A DNA stretch of 64,000 nt from Eledone cirrhosa (taxonomy: Eukaryota), in assembly GCA_964016885.1 (NCBI GenBank), contig OZ024740.1:145142001-145206000 (forward strand). Direction: 5' to 3'. Made by a program: the position numbers and the translations under genes. Below are positions 56,601-64,000 of the stretch, one piece after another. A model generated the notes under the pieces. That model had not been told where the DNA came from and did not search any database. It was given only the letters and a program-made list of their open reading frames with translations. Within the stretch, counting starts at the first letter, position 1. Every line of letters starts with the position of its first letter.

Positions 56601-59600
56601 GTAGATGTAGATCAAGGAAGACCTGGGAAGAGGTGGTGAAAGCTGATCTCAAATCACTCAGACTCACAGAGGAGATGATGAAAGAATGTGGTGTGTGTAG
56701 AGATGCTGTGCTGAAAAAGACCTGTCCTATTCATGCGAGTGTGGAAAAATGATGACGATGATTACACCATATCCTTGCATATTGTATGAAGTAGCTGAAA
56801 GGATTGGTCTCTGGAAAGGCATCCGTTTGTAAAACATTGCTTCAAAAAGTCCCATTCAATTTATGCCAGTATGGAAAAGTCAACATAATGATAATAACTA
56901 AAAACATATTAAGATATTAAAGTGATACTTCAAAGATTGAAAATAGTGAGACATACCTGAGCCATAGTAAATTGCTCCTATACCACCAGTAATTACACCT
57001 GTAACATGACAGTAATACAAGTCAGACATCCTCGCAGTAATCTGAGTAATTTGTTTGCACAAATAGGTAAAAATGACAAAAACAGCAATAACAACAACAA
57101 AAATGCGTTTTGTTGCTTGTATTTAATTATGATATTTTAATATGTGAAACATTTTCAAACAGAAATGAACATCATCGTCATTCTGGTGTGGGTTGGCCAG
57201 GTTTTTACAGTCTGAATCAGTTCTTATTTGGAGCTGCTGCCTAATCCCAAAATGGTTCCTATGACTGGATGCCCTTTCTAACATCAACCACATTATAGAG
57301 TTTAAGAGTGTACCAGGTGCATTTTATTATTATGACACTAGCATCTGGGAAGGTGTCATGTCCTCAGCAAGATTAAAGAGTCCTCTCTACCTTTGATTGT
57401 CTCGGTTCATTCACCAACCACTCTACAGTGTGTACCAGCTGTATTTTATCATAACACCAACTAGAGAGGGTGTATATCATTAAAAAAAAATGAATGTTGC
57501 TCTTTTGCGGTCCCTGATTGAGCAGACATCTGATCAAAGGTATGATGCAAAATCCCATCGACATCATCATCATTTAATGTCGATCTCTGCTAGCAAGGGT
57601 TGGATGAATCTTCACAGACCAAGTGAGAACTCAAGCAGAGCTACTGATCTCTTAGATGAGCCAGGAGCTTCCATCTTGCTTTCACAGGTTTCTGCACTCT
57701 ACCAAGTGTATTTTATCATAGCACCAGCACTAAGTAGATTCCCAATCTTTTGTTTGGCAGGTTTTCTATGGTTAGTTACCCTTCCTATCACCACCTTTTT
57801 TATATTTAGGACTACATCATCCACTGGCTATTTGGTCATCATTTTTAGCATGTCTAGTAATTATGATCATGTTTTTCTTTTTGTTGTTTAACATGAGGTC
57901 AGTCTCGATTGATCAGACTTACAATCAGAGGTGTTGAAGCCATCACCATTGTCTGTCTTTTCTTTTTATGTGGGTGGACAAGGTCTATCTAGGACCACAT
58001 TGTTCACTATGTCTTTTTTAAGACAGTAACATGTCATTTGAAGGAGACCTAGTTACTATTTTTAGCAGGTTTGAGCGATCATGTAGAGGCTTCTTCACTG
58101 AATAATTTTTTAAATGTTACTGCAGCTTCTATACTTAATAAGTTTGCTGTTCAGTGACATGATTATTCCAGGTTCAATCCTACTGTGTATGATAGGTTAA
58201 GCAAGTGTATTTTACTATAGCCTCAAGTTGATCCAAACTGTCAGGGAAATTGAGTAGACAGAAACTATGGAAGTCTGTCAGATAGACTGTGTCAGATTTT
58301 GTGAAATAGACTTAAAGACTTAATTCATTGCCCAGTTTAATGACACCATTTAGCTGTTAGGTGCCATCAGTGAAGTTCCCCCAATTGCAAGCATTCATAG
58401 CAAGTCTCTTGTTGTGAGGATAACTTGATATCTTGATGCTCTGGTTCCGACTGTAGCAACATATCTATTATGGTTTCTTTCCCCTATCTATTTCAGAGGT
58501 ATTGCACTAGTCATGGGTAGGGTGCTGCCTTTCTTCTGATTAAGGTTCCCCACTACTGTTCTAATTGGTTTCTTTACCTGTTAAAAAATCAGCAAAATTT
58601 TCCTCAAGTCACATTCTATTGTCTTAAAAGAAAAAGAAAGGTGCATTAGATAATGTTTTCCCAGACACTCCAAAACGACAGGATGGTGAATAATGGAATG
58701 TCTTTGATCATAGATCTGCCTGGTCAGGATTGATCTGGGGCTAAACCACAACAGTCACCTTCATCATCATCACCATTTAATGTCTATTTTCCATGCTTGC
58801 ATAGGTTAGACGAGTTGTAACGCTGTGAGGCTAGACAGGTCAGGTGATCATGTTTTGCTCATATGTTCCTTTTTGGCTTGGTTTCCTATGACTGGATGCC
58901 CTTTAATGCCAACTACTTTACAGCATTGACTGGGAGAATTTGTCATAGCACCAGTGCTAGCTGCTTTACAGGAGTAGAACAACAACTCCATTGTTAGATC
59001 AGTATTCATGAGGATGATGAGTCGCATGAATTATTCGGTTATAGGTCACTAGGATCATAAGAGGATTATGCATACCACATTGCTCGTGCATCTGAGACAG
59101 GGTAAGTGATGATGTGGGAAGAAAGAATTGTTCCTGGTGGTTAGAGCATCACTTGGAGAGTGAGACAGTATTATAAATGATGAGAGGAGGAAGGAGAAAT
59201 GGATGAGCCAGATGAGCTTATTTTAGATAATCTTGGATTTTTTAGTGTGTTGTGTGTGTAGTAGCAGCACTATTACAGATATGAGACCAGTATGCAATTT
59301 TGTTATCTTTCGTCAAAAATTTACATTTTGAACAACCCAATTTGCATTCATCACCATATAGCATATCTGTTATGGTCATTTACTTCTGCTTCTCCACTTA
59401 TTAACCTTTATTTCATGCAGCATTTTTATCAAACCATTTATCTTTCAAGACCATTAATCATACATACATATTATCTAGACACTAGGGTAGTGGATTCACA
59501 AAATTCTTAGAGGGTCATTTAGTTATGGCCCTTTATGGTCCGAGTGAAAATCCCACAGAAGTCAATTTTGCCTTTCACTCTTTCAAAGTCAATTGCTGGC

Positions 59601-60083
59601 CTTGTGCCTAAATTAGAAATATCCCCCCCCCCCCTCATTTCGCAAAAAAAAAAAAAAACAAACATATATTTAATAAATTAAACAACCACCAGCCCTACAT
59701 CTGACTATATCCTTTCTTTATGTCTTATACTATTACTACTGCAACAATCTTTACATTTCTGAAGCAATAGACTGCATTCTACATTTCACTAAACCCCTCC
59801 AGTCTCTATTCATTCCCCTATGATTTCTCAATTTTTTCACTAACTGACAACAATTTTCAAATGTTTTTTTTTTTAAATGACATCTTTCTGAAGAAGACGA
59901 ACGTAAGAGATTAAAAGCTGTAATAAGAATTAGAATTAATTAAATTTAATTTTTAATTTTAGAGATTATAATTTAAAAAAAAAAGTTTTATTTACCTAAA
60001 AGCAAACACCAAGACCAGCAATTTGGTTCTCGACACAAATGTAGCTTATTAGCTGTTTGTTCTTTGATCTGCATATACACCAT
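44490..60083 (-). CDS. CYBC1: CYBC1/EROS (cytochrome b-245 chaperone 1) orthologue; six coding exons, 642 nt, 213 aa
   Basis: Spliced product MVYMQIKEQTANKLHLCREPNCWSWCLLLGVITGGIGAIYYGSDHFMWKIFWLLGALLLGLTAMEDWEDCIFEKNTG..VRVEEREMKYLGKG..SDHYAIAHKIQDFL.. aligns by eye with human EROS as recalled (MYLQVE..LHL.R.P..SW.LL.G..YY..D..WK..EDWE..IF.K.TG..VEE...Y.GKG..SD..AIA); all introns GT-AG with compatible phases. Confidence 0.95.
46878..47022 (-). CDS. CYBC1: CYBC1 coding exon 5 (145 nt)
   Basis: atttcAG..GTTTGT; VKASLDDIVGVRVEEREMKYLGKGNQVVLLLAAGAIIGITESFTIGDS. Confidence 0.94.
47525..47757. mobile_element. piggyBac-type MITE; decayed relatives at ~22465-22705, 38050-38290, 60350-60580
   Basis: TTAA-acctttcgttaccatatttc...gatatcaaaaggg-TTAA; inverse-orientation relative of 55487-55724. 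Confidence 0.7.
48753..49050 (+). mobile_element. Internally deleted mariner transposase relic
   Basis: N-terminal HTH (FCVK..LKEAYG..RWFK*F..G.E.VEDERRSG) fused directly to the C-terminal NSPDLALCDFLFPHMKDSLRGIRF (YSPDLAPxD motif). Confidence 0.85.
49086..49179 (-). CDS. CYBC1: CYBC1 coding exon 4 (94 nt)
   Basis: cctcttAG..GTAAGT; DCIFEKNTGLLTIKKRSLLQRFLYPLLKQHV. Confidence 0.94.
49600..51225 (+). mobile_element. Decayed RTE LINE ORF fragment
   Basis: Broken motifs RGNYKGIKLL, MQF.F, IFSVRQLQ.KY..AFINLEKMFDRVP, YADGL, RLHWYRHV, RRRPRKT. Confidence 0.85.
52870..54330 (-). mobile_element. Decayed RTE LINE fragment interrupted by a CR1 insertion
   Basis: KLLEHEMKVL..MQFGFV..DAIFIVQQL, FVDMEK.FSRVP, KGVG.NSI; CR1 at 53640-53988. 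Confidence 0.8.
53640..53988 (+). mobile_element. CR1 LINE 3' fragment
   Basis: SNTCGHANKVRKQHSSYDFRKHFFTLRVAEAWNKLPASVISC..; (ATT)n tail. Confidence 0.88.
54679..54752 (-). CDS. CYBC1: CYBC1 coding exon 3 (74 nt)
   Basis: ttttctcAG..GTTAGT; DHFMWKIFWLLGALLLGLTAMEDWE. Confidence 0.94.
54890..55070 (+). repeat. Unclassified interspersed repeat; copies at ~57885-58100, 58565-58750(-), 60235-60345, 61125-61290(-), 61365-61500
   Basis: Shared ttgttgtttag..ctgatc..gatcaaaggcattc..gatttgg.tgctattt..cagg blocks. Confidence 0.6.
55097..55472 (+). mobile_element. Two tandem tRNA-SINE copies
   Basis: Two tggcagtatcagtag..aaatcc.gccgaggttaacttt..gtgccaaaa..gaaac units. Confidence 0.9.
55487..55724. 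mobile_element. piggyBac-type MITE
   Basis: TTAA-CCCTTT...AAAGGG-TTAA termini. Confidence 0.8.
55770..56140 (+). mobile_element. CRE-clade non-LTR retrotransposon RT fragment
   Basis: DLNVWYLDDAC..GG, GLPINSCKC, SLGAPI..SKLYNLE..LEDIEPHQ..FRN. Confidence 0.65.
56215..56762 (+). mobile_element. RTE LINE 3' end
   Basis: LYDACV.SVMLYGS..RLEKNEAGLLCWMC..ILHWYRH..RSRKTWEEVVKADLK; ends in (GAT)n. Confidence 0.9.
56957..56998 (-). CDS. CYBC1: CYBC1 coding exon 2 (42 nt)
   Basis: ttacAG..GTATGT; GVITGGIGAIYYGS. Confidence 0.92.
59996..60083 (-). CDS. CYBC1: CYBC1 coding exon 1 (88 nt; exon begins at 60115 with 5' UTR)
   Basis: cttttacAG acceptor, ATG at 60083, GTAAAT donor; MVYMQIKEQTANKLHLCREPNCWSWCLLL. 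Confidence 0.93.
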
Positions 60084-61598
60084 TTTTATATTGACTCAGA
60101 AGTGTTTTATGATTACTGTAAAAGATGAAATAAATAATGATAGAAAAAATATTATAAGGAAAAGTTCAAAATAATTTCCCAAAAGAAATTGCTTATATTT
60201 TCTGCTATTGTTTAGTGGGGTTAAAGAACAATAGCAGAAATCGATTGGGTAGATTTTTATGTGAAAAGCATTCCAGCAATGACCATCCTGTCTTTCTTCC
60301 AGGCATGGTGTACTAGAACTACATAATCTAACATACCCTTCCATTTTTTAAACCTTTACATTACAGTAATTCTAAGGAAATACACTGCTTGTAATTTTCA
60401 AATATTTTCGAATACAACAAAGAATTTGAAGAGATATAGTAATATAACTTTCTCATTGTGTTTGGTGTTTAGAACATAACAAAGATCCTTAGAAATATGA
60501 AGGAGGGTTTTAGATAAATATAAACACTTTTGTATCATAGCTCAAAAGTGGTTTCAGGTGGCTTGGTATCAAAATGTTTAACATGCTATTTCTAGGTCAA
60601 GTGACCACACAGCTTTTTTTTGCTAACCCTTTTGTGACTATATTTCTAAGAATATACTTACCTTTGAATTTTAATTATCAAAGTAATCAGGAATCATGAG
60701 AGGTTTAGTTAAATAACTAACTTTCAATTTAATAAAAGACAAATATTTAACTACTGAAATCTAATATCTGTCATGTCATCATCTTCATCATTTAACATCC
60801 ATTTCCCATGCTTGCATGGGTTAGACAGGTTGTCATGTTATGAGACAAGTCAGGTCAAGAGACTGTCTTGCTCATACGGATCTGTATTTTGGTTTGGTTT
60901 CTACAGCTGGATCCCTTTCCTAACACAAACCATGTTACAGTGTGGACTGGGTGCTTTTTATCATGGCACCAAAATGACCATCTAACAGGGTGGACTGGGT
61001 GCTTTTTGTCGTGTCACAAGAACAACCACCATTACAGGGTGGACTGGGGACTTTTAAAATGGTGATGAAGATGTTTTATTCCATCAGCCAACTATTCCTA
61101 ACATAATCATGAGCTTCTAGATGGTTGCTGGATTTGCTAGAAATTGTAACCAAATTTCCCTTAAAGCACACCTTATTGTTCTAAAAAAGGAAGGACACGT
61201 TAGATAATGTAGTTCTGAATATACTGTCAGAAAAGATGGTTATGGCTGAAATGTCTTTGTTCATATGGTTGCCTGACCAGCGCTGATCCTTTTAGGATCC
61301 TGGCTTCCTCCTACAACCTTATGATTTATGGGATTCATCATGATGATCATCATTGCTATACTTTTTATTGTTTAGCGCCATAACAAACATGATCAAACCT
61401 ATGATAGCATGCATTCCAGATGTGACCATTCTGATCTAATATGTACTGCTTCTATTTAAGACAATGATGCGTGATTTGGGAAAGATTTGGTTGCTATAAC
61501 CTAGGTAAGCCAATGGCATGGATTTAGAAAGTTTAGTCAGGTGGGAATGTACTGAGCAATATAAATAAAAAGTTCTCATTGTATTAAAAAGGTACCTC

Positions 61599-61806
61599 TT
61601 CCATGCTTCCTGGAATTCACCAATACTGCACCTGATATTCTCCCTCCATGCATATCCATGCATGCATCTGTGTGTATATCATGACTCATACACTGTTCAC
61701 TTTGCTGACATTTGTACATTATTCTATTACTATAAATGCACATTTGGTGAGTTGTAGTGCACCTGAGCGCTGTACACAATCATTTTCATTATTATTATTA
61801 TTATTA
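61599..61806 (+). mobile_element. Short CR1 3' fragment
   Basis: Matches 53806-53988 including gttgtagtgcacctgagc.ctgtacacaat and the (ATT)n tail. Confidence 0.85.
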
Positions 61807-62479
61807 TATCTAGCAGGTAGAGCAACTGATTAAAGCTGATATGAGGTACCTTTTTAATACAAAGGGCAAAAGTGCACATTTTATGGTCAAAAGCATAACC
61901 ATTCCATCTTTTTCTATATCAGGAGCTACACTATCTAATGTAGCTTTAATTACTGAAAACAGTAGGAAGTAATTTGGCTTCTATTTCCAGAGAACCGTGA
62001 CCACTTCGTTGTTTAGTAAAAGCAGGCTGTATAAGACATTTGCATGTATAAAATATATGATGCTGCATAACTTTGAAACATAAGAAAATATGACTATCTG
62101 TAATGACTGAAGATGAACGAACATAAATTTGCTGGGACAGTTGGCAACTTTCACTCTTATTTTTAATTCTCACAGATGAAGGACGAAGGGAATCCAATTC
62201 CACATGTATTGCAGTTATATGAAGTTTTGAAGAGAATTATCAAACTCCAGTGCATGCAATGTTGCAAAACAAATGGAAAACTCCACTTTTTATTGAAGCA
62301 ACAGAAGTAGCAAATTACGTAGTTTACGTGACTGAAATGTCAATATTAACTTAGCTTTATTGATCATATTCTGGTTTTCTCGGGGTACTAAAAGTACTAT
62401 GAGTTCATAGAGAATATTATAAACAACAAACAAATCTTATGAGTTTATTTACTTTCCAGATTTCAACCTGTGAACTTAC

Positions 62480-62620
62480 ATTGCCACTCGCATACTTTCT
62501 ATATTGTTGATTAGAACAAAATGTTTTATAAGAAACCAAGTTATGAGTATTGACTTTTTTTTTTCTTTCATCATTAAGGTCTTCGATATTGCGAAGCAAG
62601 CGTACCAAATACATAAGAGA
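62480..62620 (-). other. Candidate non-coding first exon of CYBC1 (5' limit uncertain)
   Basis: The acceptor at 60116 requires an upstream exon; consensus donor AT|GTAAGT at 62479-62474 lies in non-repeat sequence with several CpGs. Confidence 0.35.
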
Positions 62621-62718
62621 AGCATTGAAAGTGTATAATCAAAGTTAGATAATTAACAGACAGAAGAAAAAATACAGTGTTATGCGCAGGCAATTTTTAA
62701 ATACACACACACGTATAC

Positions 62719-62761
<43 letters not shown>

Positions 62762-62763
<2 letters not shown>

Positions 62764-63050
62764 ATGATATTAAATAAATGGAAACTATATTTATAAAACC
62801 ATATTTATTTTATTATATATATTTCAAGGGTACCAAGACAACATTGGTACACTTTCATCAGATGAAAGCGTACCAATGTTGTCTTGGTTCCCTTGAAATA
62901 TATATAATAAAATAAATATGGTTTTATAAATATAGTTTCCATTTATTTAATATCATTGAATATTTACTCCAGTACTTGTTGAGTGCTCTAAATCAGTTAT
63001 AAACATTTATATTTGTAGGACTTCCAACAAATTAAATACCCCTTCTACTT
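62762..63050 (+). mobile_element. PLE-like terminal fragment with a 98-bp fold-back inverted copy (palindrome 62762-62958)
   Basis: Arms 62762-62859 and 62861-62958 differ at 2 positions; the plus arm continues to tactccagtacttgttgagtgctc and ends at (TA)n. Confidence 0.75.
62808..62867 (-). ncRNA. Type I hammerhead ribozyme at the centre of the palindrome
   Basis: Minus strand: UUUCAU-CUGAUGA-AAGuGUACCAA-uguuguc-UUGGUACcCUU-GAAA-U-AUAU-A-UA|AUAAAA; same architecture as 10800-10865. Confidence 0.75.
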
Positions 63051-63128
63051 ATATATATATATATATATATATAACAAATAAAGAGATATATGTATATACA
63101 AAGAGAGAGAGAAAGAGCCATATATCGC

Positions 63129-63173
<45 letters not shown>

Positions 63174-63785
63174 TTATTTATATGTGTAACGCAAGTACAT
63201 ATATGGATGTATTATATATCTGAGTTCAAATCCAGCCGAGGTTAACTTTGCCTTTCATCCTTACGGGGTCGATAAAATAAAGTACCAGTAATACACTAAG
63301 ATAATTGCTGGCTTTGTGCCAAAAGTAGAAACAATTATATATATATATATATATATATACATATACATGAGAGATATGTCATATAGTGCGAATAAAATAA
63401 ATACTTTAAAATGTTTGAATGGGCGGGGGGGGGGGGCTGTATATGTAGAGTCAATTTGTTACAATGTAGCGGTATTTTGAGATATGTTTAATTAGTGATA
63501 AGTATAATCAAAACGAGTAAATACGTACATTTGACAATATTAGATAAGAATAGTATTGTAGAAACACTTTTATCGGGCCAATAAAAACACTACAATATCA
63601 GTTGAGAGGAGAATAGCGTCTTAATTATCAGTGAAACAAATATAGTAACAAAAGTGTCTCCATATTGACAGCGGTGAACGATGACAACATGTCCATAGTG
63701 TGAGAAAAGACCAGGTTTAGTAAACATATTTACTTTGTTTTTTGGCCCTCACCAGTCATGACCATCCAGTATTTTTTATGGTTTA

Positions 63786-63844
<59 letters not shown>

Positions 63845-63848
63845 TAAT

Positions 63849-63928
<80 letters not shown>

Positions 63929-63930
63929 TA

Positions 63931-64000
63931 TCTATCTACATATCTAAAACAGCGAATGTCTGTCTGTCTGACTCCCTAAAACTCGAGAACCACCCAACCG
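63931..64000 (+). mobile_element. Probable 5' end of a non-autonomous Helitron, running off the window
   Basis: A|TCTA..tatctaaaa..tgtctgtctgtctg..aaactcgagaacc..caaccg start typical of animal Helitron-N elements. Confidence 0.55.

Noticed and set aside
62176-62310. Plus-strand exon after ttctcacAG (MKDEGNPIPHVLQ..)
   Set aside because: No recognisable homology, no partner exons, and antisense to the probable CYBC1 first intron

Overview
Very AT-rich, repeat-dominated eukaryotic DNA. The SINE/RTE repertoire and huge (TA)n/(TATG)n arrays suggest an octopus or other cephalopod genome (inference). Main contents: (1) the 3' part of a Penelope-like retroelement (Naiad-type RT + GIY-YIG, two compensating frameshifts) ending in a hammerhead-ribozyme-bearing tail at 1-2528. 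(2) A complete six-coding-exon CYBC1/EROS gene on the minus strand (60083-44490, 213 aa), which the ORF track misses. (3) Scattered exon-like islands on the plus strand at 7-33.5 kb, possibly the alternative 3' end of an unidentified gene. (4) Many SINEs, RTE/CR1/CRE LINE fragments, piggyBac-type MITEs, a deleted mariner, a Helitron-like 5' end, and minisatellites. The most striking pattern is a set of short islands inside microsatellite runs that carry type I hammerhead ribozymes or their 3' halves (2372, 10800, 16156, 24108, 24530, 62808; a relic at 32004). Two of them are long fold-back palindromes whose turn lies exactly in a hairpin of the ribozyme. Nearly all long ORFs in the supplied track are microsatellite artefacts.
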